A DNA stretch of 64,000 nucleotides from Bacteroidales bacterium (GTDB lineage Bacteria; Bacteroidota; Bacteroidia; Bacteroidales; PUMT01). The notes below the pieces were generated by a model. That model was given only the letters and a program-made list of their open reading frames with translations. It was not told the origin of the DNA and made no database searches. The position numbers and the translations under genes are program-made. The stretch covers positions 4,241-68,240 of the forward strand of contig JAWODJ010000114.1 of assembly GCA_046483315.1 (NCBI GenBank), given 5' to 3'. Below, in pieces: positions 21,301 through 30,831 of this stretch; within the stretch, counting starts at the first letter, position 1, and every line of letters begins with the position of its first letter.

Positions 21301-21872
21301 TGCTTGTTTTGGATACTGAGGTTTACAGTAATACCGGGGGACAGGCATCGAAGTCCACTCCGATAGGAGCTGTTGCAAAATTCGCTGCTTCCGGTAAGCG
21401 GATCAGGAAAAAAGACCTTGGTGTTATGGCTATGAGTTACGGATACGTATATATTGCCCAGGTTGCAATAGGGTCAAGCCAGGCTCAATTTCTCAAGGCA
21501 GTAAAGGAAGCAGAGTCATATCCCGGTCCTTCTGTTATTATTGCCTATTCACCATGCATAAATCATGGTCTCAGGCACGGAATGGGTAAGACTATTGAAG
21601 AGAGTAAAAGAGCTGTCGAAGCGGGTTACTGGACAAACTGGCGCTATAATCCTCTGATTGAAAATGAAGGAAAGAATCCCTTTGTGCTTGATTCCAAGGA
21701 ACCTGACTGGAGTAAGTTTCAGGATTTTCTAAAATCTGAGGTACGGTATACGTCTCTTCAGAAAGCTTTCCCGGAGGTGGCTGCTGATTTATTCAAAGCT
21801 GCTGAGGAGAATGCCAGATGGAGATACAGGAGCTATGTCAGGATGGCCTCGATGGATTTTTCCAGTGCATAG
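18339..21872 (+). CDS. nifJ: Pyruvate:ferredoxin (flavodoxin) oxidoreductase, single-polypeptide type
   Basis: 1177 aa. N-terminus [26 protein letters not shown], two ferredoxin CxxCxxCxxxCP motifs ([24 protein letters not shown]), and the TPP motif [10 protein letters not shown]. Confidence 0.95.
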   Translation: [1177 protein letters not shown]

Positions 21873-21988
21873 TACAATAATTACAGAGGGTGTTTCTCCG
21901 ACCTAAGATTTTTAAATATAAACAGATGAACCAAGTGCTGTTTTTATTGTTAAAGATTTAGATTATTGTTGAACTAAAAATTAGTAAT

Positions 21989-23002
21989 ATGGCTGATCTT
22001 AGGACCAAGTTTATGGGAATTGATGTAAAAAACCCCGTTGTTGTTGGTGCATGTAATTTATCACAGAATCCGGACACCCTTGTTCAACTTGAAAAAGCCG
22101 GGGCATCCGCAATTGTTTACAAGTCGCTTTTTGAAGAGCAGATTCAGTACGAGAAAGTTCAAATGGATGATTCAATGCACGAATTTGATGAACGTCATGC
22201 TGAAATGACCAGTATCCATCCTAAGGTGGAACATGCCGGACCTAAAGAGTATCTTATGGGGCTTAAGAGGGCAAAGGAGACATTATCCATACCCCTGATA
22301 GGAAGTTTGAATGCAGTTTATAAGGAGACATGGGTTGAATATGCACAGTTGATACAGGAAACCGGTGTTGATGGTCTGGAATTGAATTTTTATGCAGTAC
22401 CCAAAGATTTTAATTCAGATGCTGAAACCCTTGAAAATAAACAAATTGATATATTGAAAGCGGTTAAGAAAGTTGTCAGTATTCCAATTGCTGTAAAAAT
22501 AGGCCCGTTTTATTCAAATCCTTTGCATATAGCTTCAAAAATGGATGAAGCAGGAGTGAATGGTTTTGTTTTATTTAACCGTCTCTTTCAGCCTGATATC
22601 GATGTTGACAGTGAGAAGCATATATTCCCGTTTTTTCTGAGCAGGGAAGGAGATTACCGTTTATCACTCAGGTTTACCGGTATGCTCTATAAGCATGTTA
22701 AAGGAAATATTTGTGGTAATACAGGTATTTATTCAGGCAGCGATGTTGCGAAAATGATACTGGCAGGAGCTGATTCTGTTCAGATAGTTAGTGCTATATA
22801 CAAGAATAAACCCAAACATATAAGCAAAATTCTTACTGAGCTGGAATCATGGATGGATTCAAAATCCTATAATTCTATTAAGGACTTTAAAGGGAATCTT
22901 TCAAAAGCCGGTTCCACCGATCCTTTTGCTTATTCAAGAGCCCAGTATGTGGATATTATTATGAAACCCGAAGAAATAATAAAGAAATATCCTGTAGTAT
23001 AA
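21989..23002 (+). CDS. Dihydroorotate dehydrogenase-like (class 1 PyrD/PreA-like) TIM-barrel flavoprotein
   Basis: 337 aa. MGIDVKNPVVVGA..., ELNFYAVP, and an FMN-binding-type C-terminal half. Exact substrate not assignable. Confidence 0.65.
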   Translation: MADLRTKFMGIDVKNPVVVGACNLSQNPDTLVQLEKAGASAIVYKSLFEEQIQYEKVQMDDSMHEFDERHAEMTSIHPKVEHAGPKEYLMGLKRAKETLSIPLIGSLNAVYKETWVEYAQLIQETGVDGLELNFYAVPKDFNSDAETLENKQIDILKAVKKVVSIPIAVKIGPFYSNPLHIASKMDEAGVNGFVLFNRLFQPDIDVDSEKHIFPFFLSREGDYRLSLRFTGMLYKHVKGNICGNTGIYSGSDVAKMILAGADSVQIVSAIYKNKPKHISKILTELESWMDSKSYNSIKDFKGNLSKAGSTDPFAYSRAQYVDIIMKPEEIIKKYPVV

Positions 23003-23312
23003 CCTTATCTGGTTTTTTCCGTATTATAAGGGGGCATTCAGCTCCCTTTTTTGTTTTCCGGCAATAAAACTGCAGTTATGATTTACAATTCAGACTGATG
23101 TGGGGCTATAAGGGACCATAAATATAAATATCGTTTTATAATTTAAATTACTGATATATAATTGGTTAATAAAAATAATGCAAGTTAAGCGCAACGGTTA
23201 CCGCCGGTGCATACAATTTGTTTTTATGATAAACAAAAATGGATGTTTTGTCAGCATGTACAATATTCATGTTAATTTGCCTATAAACCGGTATGTGCTT
23301 TAAATATTAATA

Positions 23313-25745
23313 ATGAGACCAGTTATACTGTTATCTGATATTAATGAAAGTAAAATGCTGCAGAAGTGTTTTGCAGACCTTTCACTAAGTTTTGATGCAA
23401 TATATGAGTATTCTGAAATAGGCAGCATTTTAAATGATTATCCGGATGCGCTTGTTATGTTTAAACCTGCCAATGGAAACCCGGATCATATTTTCAGCTT
23501 AAAATCTATATTTAATGGTACAGATGTTCACCTGATAACGCTGGTTGATGAATCTGACAGGCACTTATTCCCTGTTTTTAAAGATGAACCTTTTGCTTAC
23601 CTGAATCTTCCCCCTTCCGGACGTGAGCTTGAGTTACTTATTCAGTATTATAAACTGATGCCTTTGAGAAATGATGCCGTCGCCGGTGCACAACCGGGTA
23701 AACAGGGTCAATCCAATAATGATCAGTTTCACTTAAGAGACATGAATATGGGTGGTCAGATCCTGTATGCAGACAGTGACCAGTATCAGAAGGTATTTGA
23801 ATCAATGTCAATGGTCGCGGCTCAGGGATATAATAATAAGCGTGAGATCATTTTCTGGAATAAGGCCAGTGAGATCCTTTACGGTTATTCGCGCGAAGAG
23901 GCCCTTGGCCGGAAACTGGAAGATCTTATTATTCCTGATGAGATTAAAGATACGGTACTGGAAAGTATTTCCGGCTATACTGAAAAAAATATTCATATCC
24001 CCTCTTCAGAACTGAAGCTTAAAAAAAAGGATGGAAGCAGTGTACATGTTTTTTGCTCTCATATTATGTTTGTCAATAACATGGGAGAAAAGGAATTCTA
24101 CTCTGTTGACCTTGATCTTACCCAGATAAGAAGACATCAGCTCATACATGAGGTATTAAGTGAAATTGCCACTTTGACAAATGAAAGTGATGACCTGTAT
24201 GACTTTCTCCAGTCTCTGAAAGACTCTATGTCCAGGCTTATTAATACAAGGAATTTCTTTGTAGCCCTGTATAATGAGGAGGATAATTCTCTTTCATTGC
24301 CGATATTTATCGATGATGTTGATCAGTTCAGAACTTTCCCTGCCGGAAGGACATTAACAGCCTATATGATAAGCATGAATAAGCCTTTGCTGCTTAAAGA
24401 AGAAGAGATGGCTGCACTTGAGGATCAGGATATCATAGACAGGGTGGGTTCTCCGTGTAAGATATGGCTGGGAGTGCCACTAAGGAGAGGCGAAAGGGTT
24501 ACCGGGGCAATTGTTTTACAATCTTACACCGATGATACGTTCTATGATGAAACGGATATGCGTACATTGCAGATTGTGGCTGAGCAGATATCAATAGCAA
24601 TTGAAAGGAAGACCAGGCTGGAACAGCTCAGGGAAAGCGAAAGGGCGATGAAAACACTGATATCCAATCTTCCCGGTATAGCATACAGGTGTAATTTTGA
24701 CAGGTCATGGACTATGGAGTTTTTATCGGATGGTTTTTCAATACTTACCGGTTATCAGGCAGAGGATTTTATTTCAAATAAAGAATTTTCCTATAGTGAT
24801 ATTATCCATCCTGATGACAGGGAAGAGGTATGGAGTCAGGTAAATAAAGCAATAGAAGAGAATCAGCCCTATTACCTTGTTTACAGAATCATATCCAGTG
24901 GGGGGGTGGTTAAATGGGTATGGGAGAAGGGAAGAGCTGTTTCCGGCGAAAAAAATCACATTATTGCACTGGAAGGTTTTATTATTGATATCACTGACCG
25001 GATTGAGATGGAAGAACAGGTAATCCTTGCGAAGGAAAAGGCTGAGGAGTCAGACAGGCTCAAGTCGGCCTTTTTAGCTAATTTGTCTCATGAAATCCGG
25101 TCACCTATGAACAGTATTGTTGGATTCAGTCAGTTATTGAGATCTGAGAATGTAGGTGAACCTTCATTGCAATACACTGAGATTATTTTTCAGAGCTCAC
25201 GGAAATTACTTAACGTGATAAACGATATTGTTGATATGGCAAAGATTGATTCCGGCCAGATGCTTATAAAGATAAAGGAGTTTAATCCCGGTGAACTGAT
25301 TAATAGTATGAAAAATTATGCTGAGGAGCAGTTGCAGTTGTATTCAGGCAAGGGAATAAAAATTGAAGTGACAGATGTGATGTCATTTAACAATAAGACG
25401 ATAACTTCTGATGAAATACTTATACGAAAGGTTCTGATGCATTTTATAAATAATGCTGTAAAATTTACTGACAGGGGGAAGGTTGAGATTGGTTATCAAC
25501 ATAACGGGCAGGGTTCCGTTAGATTTTATGTAAAAGATACCGGCATCGGGATATCTCCCGAAGATCATGAACTTGTTTTTGAGCGTTTCAGACAGGTGGA
25601 CGAGAGAGTTGCCAGAAACTTTGACGGTACAGGGCTTGGTCTGTCTATTTCAAAAGGCATAGCCGGCCTGTTGGGTGGTGATATTCTGGTAGAAAGTGCT
25701 GAAGGAGAAGGAGCTGCCTTTTATTTTACAATTCCTGTTAAATAA
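23313..25745 (+). CDS. Multi-domain sensor histidine kinase (degenerate receiver - PAS - GAF - PAS - HisKA - HATPase)
   Basis: 810 aa. H-box FLANLSHEIRSPMNSI, N-box INNAVKFT, G-boxes VKDTGIGI and GTGLGLSI. Two PAS-like blocks and one GAF-like block upstream. Confidence 0.85.
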   Translation: MRPVILLSDINESKMLQKCFADLSLSFDAIYEYSEIGSILNDYPDALVMFKPANGNPDHIFSLKSIFNGTDVHLITLVDESDRHLFPVFKDEPFAYLNLPPSGRELELLIQYYKLMPLRNDAVAGAQPGKQGQSNNDQFHLRDMNMGGQILYADSDQYQKVFESMSMVAAQGYNNKREIIFWNKASEILYGYSREEALGRKLEDLIIPDEIKDTVLESISGYTEKNIHIPSSELKLKKKDGSSVHVFCSHIMFVNNMGEKEFYSVDLDLTQIRRHQLIHEVLSEIATLTNESDDLYDFLQSLKDSMSRLINTRNFFVALYNEEDNSLSLPIFIDDVDQFRTFPAGRTLTAYMISMNKPLLLKEEEMAALEDQDIIDRVGSPCKIWLGVPLRRGERVTGAIVLQSYTDDTFYDETDMRTLQIVAEQISIAIERKTRLEQLRESERAMKTLISNLPGIAYRCNFDRSWTMEFLSDGFSILTGYQAEDFISNKEFSYSDIIHPDDREEVWSQVNKAIEENQPYYLVYRIISSGGVVKWVWEKGRAVSGEKNHIIALEGFIIDITDRIEMEEQVILAKEKAEESDRLKSAFLANLSHEIRSPMNSIVGFSQLLRSENVGEPSLQYTEIIFQSSRKLLNVINDIVDMAKIDSGQMLIKIKEFNPGELINSMKNYAEEQLQLYSGKGIKIEVTDVMSFNNKTITSDEILIRKVLMHFINNAVKFTDRGKVEIGYQHNGQGSVRFYVKDTGIGISPEDHELVFERFRQVDERVARNFDGTGLGLSISKGIAGLLGGDILVESAEGEGAAFYFTIPVK

Positions 25746-25783
25746 TTTGTATTTTTGCAGAAGTTTATTTTAATTCTTGCTCT

Positions 25784-26200
25784 ATGGGCAGGGTAATGGG
25801 AATTGATGTTGGACAAAAGAGGATCGGACTGGCCGTGACTGATCCTTTGCAAATTTTTGCCACCGGCCTGGATACTGTGCCTGTATCCGGTATATTCGAT
25901 TATCTTATTGAATATACAGAGAAGGAAGCTGTTGAACTTTTCGTTGTGGGATCTCCGGTTCAGATGAACAATAAACCCTCGGAATCTGTTAAATATACAG
26001 AACCATTTGTAAAAAAGCTGACAAAGGTGTTCCCGGATATTCCTGTCAGGCGTATTGACGAACGTTTTACCTCCAAAATTGCAAAACAGGTTATGATTTC
26101 CGCCGGCACCGGCAGGGAGGCAAGGCGTAACAAAGCATTGGTGGATAAAATAAGTGCAGTTATTATGTTACAATCATATATTGACCAGGATAAATTTTAG
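25784..26200 (+). CDS. ruvX: Holliday-junction resolvase-like nuclease RuvX (YqgF)
   Basis: 138 aa. GIDVGQKRIGLAVTD and DERFTS motifs. Confidence 0.85.
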   Translation: MGRVMGIDVGQKRIGLAVTDPLQIFATGLDTVPVSGIFDYLIEYTEKEAVELFVVGSPVQMNNKPSESVKYTEPFVKKLTKVFPDIPVRRIDERFTSKIAKQVMISAGTGREARRNKALVDKISAVIMLQSYIDQDKF

Positions 26201-26204
26201 ATCA

Positions 26205-26756
26205 ATGATATTACCTGTCTTTTTATACGGATCACCTGTTTTGAGGAAAATTTCTGCTGAAGTTCCGGACAATTATCCGGAACTGGATATGTTTATAGAA
26301 AGTCTGTTTGAAACCATGTACCAAAGTGATGGAATCGGCCTGGCAGCCCCCCAGGTCGGGCAGTCCCTTAGAATATTTGTTATTGATGCATCATCTCTGG
26401 AAGAGGATGATGCATCACTGAAGGACTTCAAAAAGGTATTTATTAATCCCCGGATAACGTCCTATGAAGGAGAGCTAAGCACATATAATGAAGGTTGTCT
26501 GAGTATACCCGATATAAGGGAAGATGTTGAAAGAGAATCTGCAGTAAGCATAAGCTATTATGACAGGGATTTCCGTTATAAAGAAGAGTATTACGAGGGA
26601 ATTGCGGCAAGGATAATTCAGCATGAATATGATCACCTTGAAGGCAGACTTTTCACGGACCTGATTTCCCCTCTTAAGAAACGGCTTTTAAAAAGTAAAC
26701 TGACATCAATCAGCAAGGGTAAAGTAGATGTCAAATACCGCGTTAAACATATCTGA
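26205..26756 (+). CDS. def: Peptide deformylase
   Basis: Motifs GIGLAAPQVG, EGCLS, QHEYDHLEG. The ORF-track start at 26154 is a GTG inside ruvX. The ATG at 26205 (MILPVFLYGSPVLRK) follows the ruvX stop by 4 nt. Confidence 0.9.
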   Translation: MILPVFLYGSPVLRKISAEVPDNYPELDMFIESLFETMYQSDGIGLAAPQVGQSLRIFVIDASSLEEDDASLKDFKKVFINPRITSYEGELSTYNEGCLSIPDIREDVERESAVSISYYDRDFRYKEEYYEGIAARIIQHEYDHLEGRLFTDLISPLKKRLLKSKLTSISKGKVDVKYRVKHI

Positions 26757-26866
26757 ATAATATTTTTTTTCTTGAATAACTTTTTACGTTAAGGTTTGCC
26801 TTTTCGTTGATATAGTCGTTGGTTTTCATTAACTTTAATAAGGGATGAACGCCAAATGACAAACAA

Positions 26867-28999
26867 ATGGGTATTGAGTGTTTAAAAAGGATGCCAATGC
26901 TCCGCCTGCTTATACCTGTTATAACGGGTATTACAGTTCAGTATTATTTTAATATTCCTTTATATTTTGTAGTACCGGCCTGTGTCATTCTTTTTTTTCT
27001 GCTCCTGTTGGTTTTGATAATTGATGCACCCGGATATTTCAATATTCGCTGGTTGTACGGGTTGATAATCAGTTGTTTTCTCTTTGCTTTCTCAATCTAC
27101 CTTTCGGGGAAAAATTTGCAGAGGCCTTCACTTGATGATTATACTTCCAAAGAAGGTCTGCTCTTTGCCAGGGTAATTGAATTACCACAGGAAAGAGAAA
27201 AAAGTTACAGGACACTCATTGAACCTTATGCTTTTTTTTCATTTGATGGAACTGAGAAGATCTCCGGCCGGATCATCGGATGGTTTGAAAAAGATAGTTG
27301 TGCCGGCATGCTGAAAGTCGGCGACCTGATTGTTATTCCCAATAACCTCCGGAAGATCAGTAATCCCGGTAATCCTTTTGAATTTGATTTTATTAAGTAC
27401 TGGCGAATGCGTGGCATATCTTATGAAGCTTATGTGCCAATCAATCAATGGTTTATAGGTGGCACTAAAGGTGGTATTCCCGAAAGTCTTCTGATCATGT
27501 CCGGACGATTAAGGAAATATCTCCTGGGTGTTCTTAAAAACAACGGCATAGAGGGAAAGGAATATGCTGTTGCCGGTGCTCTGCTACTGGGGTACAGGGA
27601 AGCACTGGACCGGGAGCTGAAGCAGTCATATTCTGAATCAGGTGCCATGCACATTCTGGCCGTATCAGGTTTGCACGTAGGTATTCTTTATATTTTTCTT
27701 CACTGGGTATTTGGATTTATGAATAAAACCAGGTATTCTTATTTTATAAAACTTTTTATTATACTGGTTATCATCTGGTTCTATGCATTGCTAACCGGTT
27801 TATCACCTTCGGTAACCCGCGCTGCAACAATGTTCTCTTTTCTTTCGGTCTCAAGATCACTTAACATGTCCTCAAATATCTTTAATACACTGGCAGCTGC
27901 GGCATTTGTTCAGCTAATCGCAGAACCTTTTGCACTCTTTCTGGTCGGATTTCAGCTTTCATACCTTGCTGTTACAGGTATTGCGTTCTATCAGCCTGTT
28001 TTTTATTCTGTATTTAAGTTCAAAAATATGGTTTTTGATAAAATATGGACACTTATCACCGTTTCCCTGGCAGCACAAATGTTTATTTTTCCCCTTATAG
28101 TCTTTTATTTTAATCAGTTCCCAAATTACTTCCTGTTGACAAATATATTTGCAGTGCCCCTGGCTATGACCATTTTATATGCCGGCATTATGTTGTTTGC
28201 AACCTCTTTCATTCCTTCCCTGGCAGCTGTTTTTGCCTTTATTCTGAAATGTCTCCTTTCTTTTCTGAACTTTATTATTGATACAATCAATCATCTGCCC
28301 TATTCACATACTCCGGATATTGTTATCGGAAAACCTTTGCTTCTGGTCATCTACGGGATAATTATCTCCGGTTCACTCTTTTTTATCATAAAGAAATCCT
28401 GGTTGCTTAATTGTGCCATAATCCTTACCATTACAGGGTTGATAATAAGGGCTGACCATAAAATAAAAACTTCCGGCCAGAATATTTTTGTTGTATATAA
28501 TACATCCGGACTTTCATTGTATAATTTTATAAGCGGGAAGGATAATCTTATCATTACAGGAAACGGTAACGGGCAGTTTTCAGGATCTTTACCTTATGAA
28601 GCTGAGAGAGCCGCTGTATATCTGAATACCGGGAATGAAGCAAGGGTCATTTCTGCCGGCGATATTTTTTCTCCCCGTCAGGGGAAAGTGAATCATCCCA
28701 TGTTTTCTTTTGGTAGTTTTGCAGTGTTTAACGGACATCATATTTATTTTTCCTGCAGTGATGAATTAAGGTACATTCAACCAGGCAAAATGGTTTATGT
28801 TGATCTGCTTGTAATTTCTTCAGGTTCTTCAGCAGATATAATGGAATTGAGCAATTTTATTATTCCGGGTATAGTGATTATTGATTCTTCGGTGCCGTTC
28901 AATAGCCGGCAGAAATTTATTCGGCAGTGCAGGGAAGCCGGACTTGACTATCATGACGTAAATACGTCGGGAGCTTTTTATTATGCAATCAGAGATTGA
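26867..28999 (+). CDS. comEC: ComEC/Rec2-family DNA internalisation channel protein
   Basis: 710 aa. N-terminal OB/DUF4131-like part and a polytopic competence domain (GAMHILAVSGLHVG). Confidence 0.8.
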   Translation: MGIECLKRMPMLRLLIPVITGITVQYYFNIPLYFVVPACVILFFLLLLVLIIDAPGYFNIRWLYGLIISCFLFAFSIYLSGKNLQRPSLDDYTSKEGLLFARVIELPQEREKSYRTLIEPYAFFSFDGTEKISGRIIGWFEKDSCAGMLKVGDLIVIPNNLRKISNPGNPFEFDFIKYWRMRGISYEAYVPINQWFIGGTKGGIPESLLIMSGRLRKYLLGVLKNNGIEGKEYAVAGALLLGYREALDRELKQSYSESGAMHILAVSGLHVGILYIFLHWVFGFMNKTRYSYFIKLFIILVIIWFYALLTGLSPSVTRAATMFSFLSVSRSLNMSSNIFNTLAAAAFVQLIAEPFALFLVGFQLSYLAVTGIAFYQPVFYSVFKFKNMVFDKIWTLITVSLAAQMFIFPLIVFYFNQFPNYFLLTNIFAVPLAMTILYAGIMLFATSFIPSLAAVFAFILKCLLSFLNFIIDTINHLPYSHTPDIVIGKPLLLVIYGIIISGSLFFIIKKSWLLNCAIILTITGLIIRADHKIKTSGQNIFVVYNTSGLSLYNFISGKDNLIITGNGNGQFSGSLPYEAERAAVYLNTGNEARVISAGDIFSPRQGKVNHPMFSFGSFAVFNGHHIYFSCSDELRYIQPGKMVYVDLLVISSGSSADIMELSNFIIPGIVIIDSSVPFNSRQKFIRQCREAGLDYHDVNTSGAFYYAIRD

Positions 29000-29027
29000 C
29001 AGTGATTATTTTTTTTATCTGACTGTG

Positions 29028-29097
29028 GAATTTTTTTCATTCGTATGTGTATAAATTGGCTGAAAAAATTTTCATGTATATTTCTCCTGTAAAAAAG
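29028..29097 (+). repeat. Copy A of a duplicated ~60-nt intergenic element upstream of trkA
   Basis: GAATTTTTTTCATTCGTATGTGTATAAATTGGCTGAAAAAATTTTCATGTATATTTCTCC. By hand alignment, 45 of 60 ungapped positions are identical to copy B. Confidence 0.6.
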
Positions 29098-29227
29098 CCA
29101 AAATTTTGTTTTAAAAAAGTTACAAAATTTTAACCTGCGGTTGATTATACATGCTATTATTAGTTCTATTTTTAATATTTATCAGATGTATAATTGACTT
29201 ACAGTCGGAACCGCTGCGCTTTCCCAT

Positions 29228-29288
29228 GAATTTTTTTCATCCGTCTGTATGTAATTTCGGATTAAAAAAATTCATGTACATTTGTCGG
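29228..29288 (+). repeat. Copy B of the duplicated element, containing a -7-like box TACATTTG (29277-29284)
   Basis: GAATTTTTTTCATCCGTCTGTATGTAATTTCGGATTAAAAAAATTCATGTACATTTGTCGG. Starts exactly 200 nt after copy A. Contains a perfect 12-bp inverted repeat ATGAATTTTTTT/AAAAAAATTCAT (29226-29237 and 29264-29275). Confidence 0.6.
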
Positions 29289-29490
29289 CATAGTTATTTT
29301 TTTCTTATTAATTTACTATGTACTTTGTGACGCGGAAATGCATGTATAAACTCAATGGGTGATCCATAAACTGATAAGAAGTATAACAATTTTATGAATT
29401 CGCAGCACATTATTATATATCCTGATAACCTTAATTTGTACAGATTAATTATCATGCAGGGAAAGGGTATTTATATAAAATAAGCCGGAG

Positions 29491-30831
29491 ATGAAGATCA
29501 TTATTGCAGGTGCAGGAGAGGTTGGCACTCATCTTGCCAAAATGCTCAGCAACGAGAAACATGACATAGTTGTCATAGACCCCGATACAATGAAACTTGG
29601 GTTTATTGAACAAAATTATGATCTGCTGACTGTTCGGGGATCTACTACCTCATTTGAAGTTCTCAGAGATGCAAATATTAAAAAATGTGATCTTTTTATA
29701 TCAGTGGCACCCTCTGAAGAGACCAATATAACGGGGGCCATACTGGCAAAAAAACTGGGAGCAAAAAAAACTATTGCACGTATAGACAGCTCTGAATATC
29801 TGATTGGTCAGAACAGGGAGTATTTTACTTCTCTTGGGATTGATTCCATGATCTATCCTGAGCGCTTGGTATCACGAGAGATTATAACATTACTGAATAA
29901 GACATCGACAACTGATTTTGTTGATTATGCCGGAGGTAAATTGTCGCTATATGTAATAAAACTCGATGAGAATGCACCTGTAATCAGTAAATCCCTTCTG
30001 GACATAGCCAAGAAGAACATCAGGCTTGAGTACCGGGCAGTGGCTATAACGAGGAATGGCGAAACAATTATTCCCAGGGGGTGCGACCAGTTCCTCCGCG
30101 ATGATCTTGTTTATGTAATCACCGGTCCGTCAGGAATAAATGAAATAATGAAATACAGCGGTAAACAGGATATCCGTGTAAAGAATATAATGATTCTTGG
30201 GGGTAGCAAAACAGGCATACGAACTGCCCTTGATTTTGAACACAACAGCAATATTAAACTTATAGAGATTGATAAAGAAAAATGTAATAAGATAGCTGAA
30301 CTGGTTGATGACACTCTTATTATCAACGGAGATGGCAGAAATATTGATTTTCTGAAAGAATCGGGTGCCGGTAGCATGGATGCCTTTATAGCAGTGACCG
30401 GCAGTGCAGAAATAAATATTCTCTCCTGTATAATAGCTAAAAAACTTGGTGTTAAAAAGATTATTTGTGAGGTGGAAAACTTTGATTACATCTCAATAGC
30501 AGAGAATATGGGTCTGGATACCATTATTAATAAGAAAGTAAGCACCGCCAGCAGGATATTCCGTTATACAATGGATGATGAGGTTTCTTCAATAAAATGC
30601 CTGACAGGTACAGATGCAGAGATACTTGAGTATGTTGCCAAACCAGGCAGTATTATTACCAGAGCTCCGGTTAAAGCCATTGATATTCCGAAAGATGCAA
30701 TAATAGGCGGTGTTATACGAGGAAAATCAAGCTTTATTGCTCACGGGAATACCCAGATAAAATCCGGGGATACAGTAATTGTATTCGCACTTCCTTCGGC
30801 AATATATAAAGTCGGAAGGTTTTTTAAGTAA
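29491..30831 (+). CDS. trkA: Trk potassium-uptake system NAD-binding subunit TrkA
   Basis: 446 aa. Two RCK/KTN halves, each starting with a Rossmann motif (IIIAGAGEVG; IMILGGSKTG). Confidence 0.9.
   Translation: MKIIIAGAGEVGTHLAKMLSNEKHDIVVIDPDTMKLGFIEQNYDLLTVRGSTTSFEVLRDANIKKCDLFISVAPSEETNITGAILAKKLGAKKTIARIDSSEYLIGQNREYFTSLGIDSMIYPERLVSREIITLLNKTSTTDFVDYAGGKLSLYVIKLDENAPVISKSLLDIAKKNIRLEYRAVAITRNGETIIPRGCDQFLRDDLVYVITGPSGINEIMKYSGKQDIRVKNIMILGGSKTGIRTALDFEHNSNIKLIEIDKEKCNKIAELVDDTLIINGDGRNIDFLKESGAGSMDAFIAVTGSAEINILSCIIAKKLGVKKIICEVENFDYISIAENMGLDTIINKKVSTASRIFRYTMDDEVSSIKCLTGTDAEILEYVAKPGSIITRAPVKAIDIPKDAIIGGVIRGKSSFIAHGNTQIKSGDTVIVFALPSAIYKVGRFFK

Noticed and set aside
29000-29490. Possible c-di-AMP (ydaO-type) or other riboswitch in front of the potassium transporter genes
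   Set aside because: The region is extremely AT-rich and lacks the GC-rich conserved cores of that riboswitch class. Only the duplicated element described in the findings is evident.
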